From the NCBI GenBank assembly GCA_024644045.1, contig JAHELT010000001.1:48209-112208 (forward strand): a stretch of DNA of 64,000 bases, written 5' to 3'. The position numbers were made by a program, and so were the translations under genes. Numbering within the stretch: position 1 is the stretch's first letter; every line of letters begins with the position of its first letter. The DNA comes from Chromatiales bacterium. GTDB taxonomy: Bacteria; Pseudomonadota; Gammaproteobacteria; JAHELT01. Of the stretch, positions 54,894 to 64,000 are shown one piece after another. Under the pieces are notes generated by a model, which saw nothing but the letters and a program-made list of their open reading frames with translations, was not told the origin of the DNA and searched no databases.

Positions 54894-57800
54894 CGTCTGT
54901 CTATCTCTTCGGAGGATTCGCTTTCCTGGACCTGTGCGACGACTTTTTCGAACACCGGGTCGCTCCACGGGCCGGTCAGAGTGTATTTCAACTGCCCCAG
55001 CCTTTCGACGTCGAAGCCGATACCTTTGAGCAACGCACCGAGCAGCAGTACCGTGACGCCGCTGCCCGGCACCACGATCTCGCCTGCCAGCGGCAGGCTC
55101 GCCGACAGGTTCGGGATCACCAGCACCTCCTGCGCGTACGTCTGCTCGAGCAGATTGCTGCGCCCCGTGATCTGCACCTTGCCTACCGTGCCGCGCATCT
55201 GCATCTCACGCGTGTAGGCCAAACCGTCGGCCAGCTCCACCGTGCCGCGAATACGATCGAAATCGAAGCCGTCGGCGAGGAAGTCCTTGAAATCAAGCGC
55301 CAGACGCCGCGGCAGCGCCTGCAGGCTGAACAGTCCGACGATGCGGCCAAGGCCGGGGTCGGCGCCGATCAAGGTGCCCTTGTTGATGTGGACCCGGACG
55401 GTGCCGCGCAGGCTGTCCAGCGCCGGCCCGTACACCGGGCCCCGCCAGCTCAGCTCGCCGGAGAGGTGGCCTTCGCCTTGACGCAGGGTCTGCGCGTAAC
55501 CGAGACGGGTCAGCCCCTCGCCCCAGTCGTTGCTCTCGATCCGGAACTCGACGCGGCTGTATTGCGCGCCGTCATCGGCTTCGCGCCAGTCTCCCTTGCC
55601 GGTGAGCTGGAGCGCTCCGTTGTCGAAGCTCAGCTCGTCGATGGACAGGTAACTGGCGTGCGGCGTCGTGGACACACGCACGTCATCGATGCGCATATCC
55701 TGCCAATGCAGCGCATTGATCGCGATGCGCAGCGGCGGAAGCCTGGTCGGGCGCAGGCGAACCGGCGGCGTCTCGACCGCCGCGCCATCGGCGCTGCGAA
55801 ACAACCCCAGATCGAGCTTCTGCAGGGTGATTTGCAGCGGGCGCCGCGACCGCGCATTCAGCGGCCAGTCCAGCGACCCGCTGAGCGAAGGATTCCGCAG
55901 CCCTACCACCCAGCTCCCCGGCCTGCGGTAGACCGTCGCCGTCAACGGTCCGGCAGGACGCCGGTTGAACAGGACCTGCTGCGCGCGCAGCTCGAAGTTC
56001 TGCAGCACCTCCAGCGCATCGCCCTCGCCGGGAAGCGCCTGCGCGAATGCCAGCCAGCCGTCCAGATCCACGGCCGTGGCCTCGATGCTGACCCGCAATC
56101 CCTGCTGCTGCTCCTCCAGCCGCGCCGGCTGCTCGCCGGATTTCGCCACCCCCCGCTCGAGCACGAAATCGCCTTGACGGTTGCGCTCGAGCGCGAGATC
56201 GGCAGTCAGCAACCGCGCGTAACGGAAAGCCACCCGCAACGCCTCGCCGCCGCGCAGAAACGTCACCCGGGTCTCGAAGGAGGCGGCGCGCCCCACGGGC
56301 TTCAGCAACGGCGCAGGCAGATTGACGGCCACACCGCGCAGCGACGATTTCGCGTTCAACGTAACGTCGCCGCCCACCGCGGCCGGCAGGTCGACCTGCA
56401 GACGCCACCCGGTGCGCCCGTCCAGCATCGTCGTCAGCTGCGGCAGCTGGTCGCCGAGCAGCTCGGTCGCGGAGAACTCGCCGTCCACGACGAACCGGGT
56501 GCCGTCGTTGCGCGGGCGGGCGCGTATCTGGACCGGTCGCCCACGCAGCCGCCCATTGAGGTCGTCGATGGTGAGGCTCTCCCCGGTGAACGCCACCACG
56601 CCTTTCAGGCCCTCCAGATCGACCTGCCACGCATCGATCCGCAAACCGGCATCCTGCAGGGCCACGGTGCCAGCCACCTGGAACGCCGGCAGATCGAGGA
56701 TCGGCAGGTTCAGCTCGACTGAAACCGCGTTCTGGCCTGTGCCCGTGGCCCCTTCGAAAAACGGGCCGAGCCGTTCCTGCAGAGGGCTCGCACGGATGAA
56801 GCTGAGGCTGCGCGCCATGTCGCCGGCCGCCCGGCCGCGCACTTCCAGCACCCCGGTCTCCAGATCGACGAAGCGCCCCCAACCCTGCTGCAGCGCTGCG
56901 CCATGGATCGACCCGGCGCTCGCGTTGACTTCCAGGCCCGCCTGCGCGAAACGCACGTTTCCGGTCAGGCCTTCCAGCGCGGGCCAGTCCGGCTGGTACT
57001 GAAGCACCCCGTCGCGAACCCCGAAATCGACCTGGAACACCCCGTCCCCGGCGCGAAACGGGAAGCGCATGGCCGGGCCGTACACGAGCGCGCTGCCGCG
57101 GGTAACCCGCCCGTCGACGATGCTTGCGCTCAGCCAGTCGGTCAACGCCTGCGGCATGATGCCGACCGGCAGATAGCGCGCAGCGGCGCTGCCGTTGCCG
57201 TCGTGGAAATCCGCCTGCAAATCCAGGAACAACGGCTGCTCCTCGCGCCACTGCACGTGCATGCGGGTCACTGAGGCGAGGTCCTGGTTGACGACCTCGA
57301 TGTGCGGCGACCAGAACTCCACACCGTCGACGACGTTGAATCCGATGTCCCCGACCAGCCGCTGCAACTCGAGCGGGTAGCGGAACACCCGGGGATAGTC
57401 GAGCGAAAAGGCGTCGCTGCGCAGTTCCAGCCGTCCGGTGCCGGCGGCGAATTGCAGGTTTCCGCTGAGCCCGGCGACGCCGGGGAATTCGCCGTTCGCG
57501 GCGACCTGCAGGCGCTCCAGACGGGCGCGCAGTGCCGGCGAGCCGCCGCCGGTCAGGGGCAGCAGGAAACGTACGTCATGCACCTCACCCCGCGGCCGCA
57601 GCGCGGCAGCTCGCTGCACGCCGGCCTCGTCGAGGCCGGCAGCCTGTGCCAGCGGCAACCAGCCGGCGACATCGTCGAGCTTGAGATAGCTCCATTCGCC
57701 CTGCAGGCTGGTCTGCGCGGCGCCGGCCCGGAACTCGACGTGTCCGCGGGTGGCCGGCCACAACCGGCCGTTCTCCTCGCGCAGCCTGAGCCCCTCGACG

Positions 57801-58771
57801 TCGGCCACCCAGCCGTCGGTGTCACGCCGGTAGCGCCAGTCGCCGCTGAGCTCGACAGCGCGCCAGCGCTGCAAGCTGCCTTCGGCGCTCCGCGCCTGCA
57901 GCGTTAGATTGCGCACGGCAGTGCGCGCGTGGGCGCCGCGCAGGGAAGATCCGGTCCACTCCATCCACAGCTCGCCGTCAACCGTCCCGGCCGCCAGCTG
58001 CAGCGGCGTGTCATGCCACAGTGCCGTCCAGTTGTGCAGCTGCACACCCTGCAGCATGGCGTAGAGTCTTACCGCCCACGACTGCGGAGCACCGGGCTCA
58101 CCCACCACGTCCAGGTTCGCCGTCACGCGCTCGCCGAGCGCAATCGGCAGCGGCACGTCCAGGTGCAGTCGGTGGCGCGAATCGATGTTCTCCAGCTGCA
58201 CGCTGATGTTGTCCAGGCGGTGCGTGATTCTGCGCCGCTCGTCAAACACACGTATCGAAACGTCGGACAGCGAGATGCGCCGCGGCACGGCGAACACCGC
58301 CATCACGTCCCCGGGTATTTCCCCGGCCCCGGGTTGCCCGGGGCGCCAGAGCTCGGTGTCCTGTAAAGCGATGCTGCCGTCGCGGCGAACGTCGAGCTGC
58401 AGCGCAAAACCGGCCAGCTCTATGTCGCGTACCACGCCCTGACGCCCGAGCAGCAGGTTCCACAGGTCAGTGTCGACATAGGCCTGGTTAACACCGAACA
58501 TGACGGAGCCGCTGGCCGCATCGGCGACCTGCAGCCCGCGCAGGGTCAGTTGCGGGCCGAAGCCCCGCCAGCGCAGATCCAGACTTTCGACCTCGACGCG
58601 CTGCTCAAGGTAGTCGCTGAGCCAGCCCTCGACATTGCTGCGGTAGTCGGCAACGCTCGGCAGGATCAGACGCGCCACGCCGAGCAGCAGCGCCACGCTG
58701 ATCACACACACGGCGATCAGCCACCACAACGACACGGCCAGGTGTTTGAGGAACCGGTTCATTACGCCCAC
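54890..58771 (-). CDS. yhdP: YhdP-family (AsmA-like) inner-membrane-anchored envelope protein
   Basis: 1293-aa product with an N-terminal TM anchor (WWLIAVCVISVALLLGVARLIL) and TIGR02099/DUF3971 architecture. It is immediately downstream of rng, as in E. coli. Confidence 0.9.
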   Translation of the reverse strand: MGVMNRFLKHLAVSLWWLIAVCVISVALLLGVARLILPSVADYRSNVEGWLSDYLEQRVEVESLDLRWRGFGPQLTLRGLQVADAASGSVMFGVNQAYVDTDLWNLLLGRQGVVRDIELAGFALQLDVRRDGSIALQDTELWRPGQPGAGEIPGDVMAVFAVPRRISLSDVSIRVFDERRRITHRLDNISVQLENIDSRHRLHLDVPLPIALGERVTANLDVVGEPGAPQSWAVRLYAMLQGVQLHNWTALWHDTPLQLAAGTVDGELWMEWTGSSLRGAHARTAVRNLTLQARSAEGSLQRWRAVELSGDWRYRRDTDGWVADVEGLRLREENGRLWPATRGHVEFRAGAAQTSLQGEWSYLKLDDVAGWLPLAQAAGLDEAGVQRAAALRPRGEVHDVRFLLPLTGGGSPALRARLERLQVAANGEFPGVAGLSGNLQFAAGTGRLELRSDAFSLDYPRVFRYPLELQRLVGDIGFNVVDGVEFWSPHIEVVNQDLASVTRMHVQWREEQPLFLDLQADFHDGNGSAAARYLPVGIMPQALTDWLSASIVDGRVTRGSALVYGPAMRFPFRAGDGVFQVDFGVRDGVLQYQPDWPALEGLTGNVRFAQAGLEVNASAGSIHGAALQQGWGRFVDLETGVLEVRGRAAGDMARSLSFIRASPLQERLGPFFEGATGTGQNAVSVELNLPILDLPAFQVAGTVALQDAGLRIDAWQVDLEGLKGVVAFTGESLTIDDLNGRLRGRPVQIRARPRNDGTRFVVDGEFSATELLGDQLPQLTTMLDGRTGWRLQVDLPAAVGGDVTLNAKSSLRGVAVNLPAPLLKPVGRAASFETRVTFLRGGEALRVAFRYARLLTADLALERNRQGDFVLERGVAKSGEQPARLEEQQQGLRVSIEATAVDLDGWLAFAQALPGEGDALEVLQNFELRAQQVLFNRRPAGPLTATVYRRPGSWVVGLRNPSLSGSLDWPLNARSRRPLQITLQKLDLGLFRSADGAAVETPPVRLRPTRLPPLRIAINALHWQDMRIDDVRVSTTPHASYLSIDELSFDNGALQLTGKGDWREADDGAQYSRVEFRIESNDWGEGLTRLGYAQTLRQGEGHLSGELSWRGPVYGPALDSLRGTVRVHINKGTLIGADPGLGRIVGLFSLQALPRRLALDFKDFLADGFDFDRIRGTVELADGLAYTREMQMRGTVGKVQITGRSNLLEQTYAQEVLVIPNLSASLPLAGEIVVPGSGVTVLLLGALLKGIGFDVERLGQLKYTLTGPWSDPVFEKVVAQVQESESSEEIDRR

Positions 58772-58945
58772 GTGCCAGTGTGCATGCCCCGACCGGGCGG
58801 CGCGGCGCGATCGAGCAGCGATCGCCGCACCCTGACCCCGTAGCGTGATTTACCGATCGGGAACAACCTCCTCCAAGGCGTCCGAGGTACAAGCTTACAC
58901 ACTAGTGCGAGACAGAAAACGTGACAGGCCGTACATACATGACGA

Positions 58946-60466
58946 TCACACGATCACGACGTCATACTGTTCCTGGCCATACATGGATTCCAACTGCAGG
59001 CGGATCGGGATACCGATGAACTCCTCGAGCTCCGCCAGGCTGGTCGATTCCTCGTCGATCAGGATGTCCACCACCGCCTGCGCAGCGAAAACGCGCAGCT
59101 CGCGGGCGTCGAACTGGCGCGCTTCGCGGAGGATTTCGCGGAATATCTCGTAGCAAACGGTCTCCGGCGTTTTCACCGAGCCGCGCCCGTCGCAGACCGG
59201 GCAGCTCTCGCACAGTGTATGCTCGAGGCTTTCGCGCGTGCGCTTGCGGGTCATTTCCACCAGGCCCAGGGACGACACGTCGCAGACCTGAGACTTTGCG
59301 TGATCGCGGTCGAGTGCCTTCTCCAGCGCACGCAGCACCTGGCGCTTGTGCTCGTCCTGCAGCATATCGATGAAGTCGATGATGATGATGCCGCCCAGGT
59401 TGCGCAGCCGCAGCTGTCTGGCAATCGCCTGAGCGGCCTCGAGGTTGGTCTTGAAAATGGTTTCCTCGAGCGTGCGGTGCCCGACGAAGGCCCCGGTGTT
59501 CACATCTATGGTGGTCATCGCCTCCGTCTGGTCGATAATCAGGTAACCGCCGGATTTGAGCTGCACCTTGCGCTGCAGCGCCTTGAGAATCTCGTCCTCG
59601 ACGCCGTAGATATCGAAAATCGGCCGCTCGCCGGGATAGTGCTCGATACGCGCCAGAATCTCCGGAGTGAACTCGCGCGCGAACTCGCACATGCGCTGAT
59701 AGGTCGTGCGCGAATCGACGCGAATCTTTTCCACGCCGCCGCCAACCAGGTCACGCAGCGTGCGCAGCACCAGTGGCAGGTCTTCGTGGATCAGGTCCCC
59801 GGCCTGGGCACCGCGTGCCCTGGTCTGTACCGCGTGCCAGAGCTTGGTGAGAAAGGCCATGTCGCTGAGCAGCGCCGACTCGTCGACGCGTTCGGCGGCG
59901 GTACGAACGATGTAGCCCCAGCTGTCGGCCTCCTGCAGCTGCGATTCGAGCACGCCGCGCAGGCGGTTGCGTTCCTCCTCGTTGTCGATCTTGCTGGACA
60001 CCCCCAGATTGACGTCGTTCGGCATCACCACGAGGTAGCGCGAGGCCGTGGTCAGGTGCGTGGTCAGCCGCGCGCCCTTGCTGCCGAGCGGATCCTTGAT
60101 GACCTGGACCAGAAGCTCCTGGCCCTCGCGCAGCAGGTCCTGCACAGCCGGCGCCGACCGCTCTTCGCCTGCGTCGTTGCCGGCCGGCCGGTTGTCCGCC
60201 AGCGTGTGATTCGGGTTCTTGCCGTTTTCGCGCGGCGGCGCGACGGCGATATCGGAAACGTGCAGAAACGCCGCTCGCTCCAGTCCGATGTCGACGAAAG
60301 CGGCCTCCATGCCGGGCAACACACGCACCACACGTCCCTTGTACACGTTACCCACGATGCCGAGATTTCGGCTGCGCTCGATGCTTATCTCCTGCAACAC
60401 CCCGTTCTCGACCAGCGCCACGCGGGTCTCCTGCGGCGTTACGTTGATCAGCAGTTCTTCACTCAT
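58946..60466 (-). CDS. rng: Ribonuclease G
   Basis: S1 domain N-terminus (GNVYKGRVVRVLPGMEAAFVDIG) and an RNase E/G catalytic domain. Confidence 0.95.
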   Translation of the reverse strand: MSEELLINVTPQETRVALVENGVLQEISIERSRNLGIVGNVYKGRVVRVLPGMEAAFVDIGLERAAFLHVSDIAVAPPRENGKNPNHTLADNRPAGNDAGEERSAPAVQDLLREGQELLVQVIKDPLGSKGARLTTHLTTASRYLVVMPNDVNLGVSSKIDNEEERNRLRGVLESQLQEADSWGYIVRTAAERVDESALLSDMAFLTKLWHAVQTRARGAQAGDLIHEDLPLVLRTLRDLVGGGVEKIRVDSRTTYQRMCEFAREFTPEILARIEHYPGERPIFDIYGVEDEILKALQRKVQLKSGGYLIIDQTEAMTTIDVNTGAFVGHRTLEETIFKTNLEAAQAIARQLRLRNLGGIIIIDFIDMLQDEHKRQVLRALEKALDRDHAKSQVCDVSSLGLVEMTRKRTRESLEHTLCESCPVCDGRGSVKTPETVCYEIFREILREARQFDARELRVFAAQAVVDILIDEESTSLAELEEFIGIPIRLQLESMYGQEQYDVVIV

Positions 60467-61046
60467 GCAACAGCTCTATACCAAAGCGCCCGAGCAGCTG
60501 TACTGCGTCGCACAGCGGCAATCCCACCACCCCCGAGTAACTGCCGTGGATGGTTTCCACAAACACCGCCCCGAGCCCCTGCACCGCGTACCCACCCGCC
60601 TTGCCGCGGGGTTCGCCGGTGTTCCAGTAAGCAAGGCGTTCGGCGGCGCTGCTGCTGCGCATAGTGACACGCGTGCGGTTGACCGTCGATTCGCAGCGCC
60701 GTCCGGCACACACCGCGACACCGGTGTGGACCCAGTGGGAGTGCCCGGCGAGGCGGGCGAGCATCTCGAGGGCGGCCTCGCGGTCCCGCGGCTTGCCGAA
60801 CACCTCGTCCTCGAACTCGATCAGCGTATCCGCAGCCAGCACCGGCAGCTCGCGCGTGCGCGCGGCGGCGCGCCACCCCGCCTGCGCCTTGTCCACGGCC
60901 AGCTGCTCGGCCCGGGCCGGTGGCGCCAGCTCACCGTGCGCCGACTCGTCGACGTCGATCTCGATGACCTCGTGACCCAGTCCGACCTGGTCCAGCAGCG
61001 CGCGCCGGCGCAGCGACCGGGAGGCGAGGTAGATTTTCGTGCTCAC
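60459..61046 (-). CDS. maf: Maf-like nucleoside triphosphate pyrophosphatase (YhdE)
   Basis: 195-aa product (LASRSLRRRALLDQ...GKP). Confidence 0.92.
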   Translation of the reverse strand: MSTKIYLASRSLRRRALLDQVGLGHEVIEIDVDESAHGELAPPARAEQLAVDKAQAGWRAAARTRELPVLAADTLIEFEDEVFGKPRDREAALEMLARLAGHSHWVHTGVAVCAGRRCESTVNRTRVTMRSSSAAERLAYWNTGEPRGKAGGYAVQGLGAVFVETIHGSYSGVVGLPLCDAVQLLGRFGIELLHE

Positions 61047-61052
61047 CGGCAG

Positions 61053-61517
61053 TCAGTGATGATAGGGGTGGCCGTGCACCAGACTCCATGCACGGTACAG
61101 CTGCTCGACCGCAACCACGCGGGCCAGCGCGTGCGGCAGCGTCAACGCGGACAGCGACCAGCAGTGGCACGCCGCATCGCGGCATTGCTGCGCAAGCCCG
61201 TCGGCACCGCCGATCAAAAACGCGACGTCGCGCCGGCTCCCGCGCCACTGGTCGAACCGGCGCGCCAGACCTTCGGTGCTCCAGCCCTCGCCGCTGACGT
61301 CCAGCGCCACGACCAGCGCGGCGCCGGGCACTGCACTCAACAACGCTTGCCCCTCCTCGCGAACGCGCCCCGCGGTGTCCCTGGCTGACCGGCGCGAGGC
61401 GGCAACCGGACGGATCTGCAGCGAGCAATCGCCGCGGATCCGCCGGGCATACTCGGTGCACGCCTGCTCGGCCCAGGGCGGCAGTCGTTTGCCAACCGCG
61501 ATCACATGCAGGCGCAT
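61053..61517 (-). CDS. rlmH: 23S rRNA (pseudouridine1915-N3)-methyltransferase RlmH
   Basis: 154-aa SPOUT protein (MRLHVIAVGKRLPPWAEQ...). Confidence 0.92.
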   Translation of the reverse strand: MRLHVIAVGKRLPPWAEQACTEYARRIRGDCSLQIRPVAASRRSARDTAGRVREEGQALLSAVPGAALVVALDVSGEGWSTEGLARRFDQWRGSRRDVAFLIGGADGLAQQCRDAACHCWSLSALTLPHALARVVAVEQLYRAWSLVHGHPYHH

Positions 61518-61578
61518 GCCCGGGCCGCATCGCAGGCCGAACGCCGCGGCGCGAGCCGCACGAGGCGCAACACCGGCG

Positions 61579-61962
61579 CTATCCCAGCTGTCCGCGGCGC
61601 GGCAGGCCGTTCAGCGGTGGCGCCGGCTCAGCGCCCTCGTGTTCCACCGACCACAGCTTCTCGAGCTGATAGAACTCGCGCACGGCAGGCAGCATCACGT
61701 GCACGATCACATCGCCGAGGTCGACCAGCACCCACTCGCCGCCGCGTTCGCCCTCCACCCCCAGGGGTGTCACTCCGGCACGTTTCGCCTGCTGCACAAC
61801 GTTGCCGGCCAGCGAGCGCACGTGCCGTTCCGAGTTGCCGCTGGCGATCAGCATGTAGTCGGTCACCGAGGTGCGGTCGGCGACGTCCAGCTGCACCAGA
61901 TTCAGCGCCTTTATCTCCTCCAGGGCCTCGGTGGCGATACTCAAAATGGGGTTGTCATGCAT
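61579..61962 (-). CDS. rsfS: Ribosomal silencing factor RsfS
   Basis: 127-aa product with [21 protein letters not shown], the Iojap family motif. Confidence 0.92.
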   Translation of the reverse strand: MHDNPILSIATEALEEIKALNLVQLDVADRTSVTDYMLIASGNSERHVRSLAGNVVQQAKRAGVTPLGVEGERGGEWVLVDLGDVIVHVMLPAVREFYQLEKLWSVEHEGAEPAPPLNGLPRRGQLG

Positions 61963-61968
61963 GGCACA

Positions 61969-62586
61969 TCAGTCCGACGGGTAAATGCGTTGTTCGGTAA
62001 TGTAGTCGCGCACGCTGTGCGGAACGAGATACGCGATATCGCGCCGCTCGCTCAGGCGTCGGCGAATGTCGCTGGCGCAGATATCCAGCGCCGTCACTTC
62101 GCAGTGCAGGATCTTACCGGCACCCGCACCCCGCAGTTCGGCGCGGTCCCCGGCCAGCGAAAACTCCCCGGCCTGCAGCCGGAACCCGGGGCGCGAGGTG
62201 ACCACCAGGTGCGCGAGCTCCAGGATGCGTTCCCAGCGGTGCCAGCGCTTGAAGGCCGCGAAAGCGTCGTCTCCCATGACGAACGCGAGGTTGGCTTCGG
62301 GCTGCTCCGCTTTGAGGGATTCGAGCGTATCGACCGTGTAGGACGGCGGCGGACGGTTGAGCTCACGCGGATCCACGCGCAGGACGGGCTGACCGGCAGT
62401 AGCCAGGGTCAGCATCTGCAGCCGCTGCTGCGGTGTAGCCAGCGGCTGGGCGCGGTGCGGGGACACATGGCAGGGGACCAGGCGCAGCTCGCTCAGCTCC
62501 AGGCATTCCGCGACCTCCAGTGCCGGACGCAGGTGTCCGAAGTGAACAGGGTCGAAGGTACCGCCCAGCAATCCGATCAACTGCAT
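61969..62586 (-). CDS. nadD: Nicotinate-nucleotide adenylyltransferase
   Basis: LGGTFDPVHFGHL (H/T-x-G-H motif). Confidence 0.94.
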   Translation of the reverse strand: MQLIGLLGGTFDPVHFGHLRPALEVAECLELSELRLVPCHVSPHRAQPLATPQQRLQMLTLATAGQPVLRVDPRELNRPPPSYTVDTLESLKAEQPEANLAFVMGDDAFAAFKRWHRWERILELAHLVVTSRPGFRLQAGEFSLAGDRAELRGAGAGKILHCEVTALDICASDIRRRLSERRDIAYLVPHSVRDYITEQRIYPSD

Positions 62587-62611
62587 GCAGGGGCGACGTC
62601 AGAGGGAACGA

Positions 62612-63895
62612 TCACGAACGCACGTGCCCGGCGCCGAACACCACGTATTTCTCGGTGGTCAGTCCAATCACGCCCACCGGCCCGCGGGCGTGCAGCTTGT
62701 CGGTGCTGATCCCGATCTCCGCACCCAGGCCGTACTCGTAGCCGTCGGCGAACGCGGTCGAGGCGTTGACCATGACCGAGCTGGAATCCACCTCGCGCAG
62801 GAAACGCTGCGCGCGATCGATATCCTCGGTGACGATGGCGTCGGTGTGGTGCGAGCCGTACTTCTCCACGTGCGCAATGGCGGTATCCAGACCTTCGACC
62901 ACCCGCACCGCCAGCACGGGCGCCAGGTACTCCGTGTACCAGTCCTGCTCGTCGGCGGCGAGCGCCTGCGGAACCAGCTCGCGGGTGCGCTCGCAGCCGC
63001 GCAGCTCCACGCCATGTTCGAACAGCCTGGACGCGATCTCGGGTAGCAGCGCCGCGGCGACGGATTCGGCGATCAGCAGCGTTTCCATCGCATTGCACAC
63101 GCCGTAGCGGCGCGTCTTGGCATTGACCGCGATCTCGACGGCCTTGCGGCGATCGGCGCGAGCGTCGATGTAGACATGGCAGTTGCCGTCGAAGTGCTTG
63201 ATCACCGGCACCCGGGATTCCTCCGCGACCCGCTCGATCAGGCCGCGCCCACCGCGCGGCACGATCACGTCCACGTACTCACGCATGCGCAGCAGGGCGC
63301 CCACCGCGGCGCGGTCGGTGCTGGCGATCAGCTGCACTGCGCTGGCCGGCAGGCCGGCCTCGGTAAGTCCCCGCGTGATACAGCGGCCGATCGCGCAGTT
63401 CGATGTGAAAGCCTCCGAGCCGCCGCGCAGAATGGTAGCGTTGCCTGCCTTCAGACACAGGCCTGCAGCATCCGCAGTCACGTTCGGCCGCGACTCGTAG
63501 ATGATGCCGATTACGCCGAGCGGCACGCGCATCCTGCCGACCTGGATGCCCGAAGGCCGATACGCAAGGTCGCTGATGGCGCCGATCGGATCCGGCAGCG
63601 CCGCGATGTCACGCAGCCCCTGAGCCATCGCTTCGATGCGCGCCGGCGTCAACTCAAGCCGATCGAGCAGCGCCGGCGCCAGCTGGTTCTCTCGCCCCGC
63701 CGCCAGATCCTTTTCGTTGGCCGCCAGCAGCTCGGGCGCGGCGGCGGACAACGCCTCGGCGATGCCCAGAAGGGCGCGGTTCTTCTGCGCCGTTTCGGCG
63801 CGCACGAGCGCCGCGGCGGCGGCACGCGCGGCGACACCGAGCCCGGCCATGTAGGTATCGGCGTCGAAGGCCACTGTTTCGGCGTTTGCGTTCAT
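62612..63895 (-). CDS. proA: Gamma-glutamyl phosphate reductase
   Basis: 427-aa aldehyde-dehydrogenase-fold ProA ([14 protein letters not shown]...CNAMETLL). Confidence 0.95.
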   Translation of the reverse strand: MNANAETVAFDADTYMAGLGVAARAAAAALVRAETAQKNRALLGIAEALSAAAPELLAANEKDLAAGRENQLAPALLDRLELTPARIEAMAQGLRDIAALPDPIGAISDLAYRPSGIQVGRMRVPLGVIGIIYESRPNVTADAAGLCLKAGNATILRGGSEAFTSNCAIGRCITRGLTEAGLPASAVQLIASTDRAAVGALLRMREYVDVIVPRGGRGLIERVAEESRVPVIKHFDGNCHVYIDARADRRKAVEIAVNAKTRRYGVCNAMETLLIAESVAAALLPEIASRLFEHGVELRGCERTRELVPQALAADEQDWYTEYLAPVLAVRVVEGLDTAIAHVEKYGSHHTDAIVTEDIDRAQRFLREVDSSSVMVNASTAFADGYEYGLGAEIGISTDKLHARGPVGVIGLTTEKYVVFGAGHVRS

Positions 63896-64000
63896 CCCGG
63901 TCCCGTTCGATCTGCGATCAGCTTAACAGTTTGCCGGCAAGTTCTCGACGCAGCGATCAGCGCTACAGCGCCAGCCGGCTGCCGGCGGCGCGTAATGCCA

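Noticed and set aside
54407-56722. 771-aa plus-strand ORF antisense to yhdP (plus 55683..57251 minus alternative frame)
   Set aside because: Shadow ORFs. YhdP family architecture explains the locus.
63896-64000. Possible gene fragment at the right edge (minus strand, ...ALRAAGSRLAL* ending near 63963)
   Set aside because: Only about 12 codons are visible, which is insufficient to call.

Overview
This 64-kb window is high-GC (roughly two-thirds G+C) chromosomal DNA from a gammaproteobacterium. Almost all of it is conserved housekeeping synteny (E. coli/Pseudomonas-type gene order), densely coded on both strands. I found no rRNA, tRNA, CRISPR, transposase or integrase, and no prophage-like content.

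The recognisable core blocks are:
- rplS-trmD-rimM-rpsP-ffh on the minus strand.
- ypjD, a CorC/CNNM transporter, radA, xseB-ispA-dxs and folE2 on the plus strand.
- dapA-bamC with a coupled MBL-fold hydrolase.
- bcp and a GNAT acetyltransferase.
- leucine dehydrogenase with a fused indolepyruvate/2-oxoacid:ferredoxin oxidoreductase (IOR).
- An FAD-linked oxidase with a TPR protein, an EamA transporter and a DAHP synthase.
- An aapJQMP amino-acid ABC transporter followed by a Rhizobium-etli-type asparaginase.
- An AI-2E transporter, a LysR regulator and an EAL/HDOD protein.
- proS, then arsC-wrbA-DUF2069, then hda-DUF2066-purMN-DUF3108, which is Pseudomonas PA0943-PA0950-like synteny.
- proA-nadD-rsfS-rlmH-maf-rng-yhdP followed by a carbon-nitrogen hydrolase.

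The parts that are not plain core and deserve a second look are:
1. A class-II cAMP phosphodiesterase sitting directly upstream of ffh.
2. A 320-bp low-GC, hairpin-dense convergent intergenic region at 16480-16800, which is a candidate sRNA.
3. Two adjacent perfect palindromes immediately upstream of folE2.
4. A tolC/short-adaptor pair with no inner-membrane partner in the window, followed after 30 bp by a translationally coupled acylphosphatase and orphan GspE-family ATPase.
5. An ~880-aa secreted protein with about 13 BNR/Asp-box repeats and a sorting-signal-like C-terminus. It sits divergently from a signal-peptide-bearing outer-membrane-like protein of unknown function, and its 3' end overlaps a convergent gene.
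6. A small secreted protein wedged between yhdP and the CN-hydrolase with ATGA start/stop overlaps on both sides.

None of these is demonstrably a new system from sequence alone, so the interest scores are modest. The many long antisense ORFs in the six-frame track are GC-driven shadows and were rejected.
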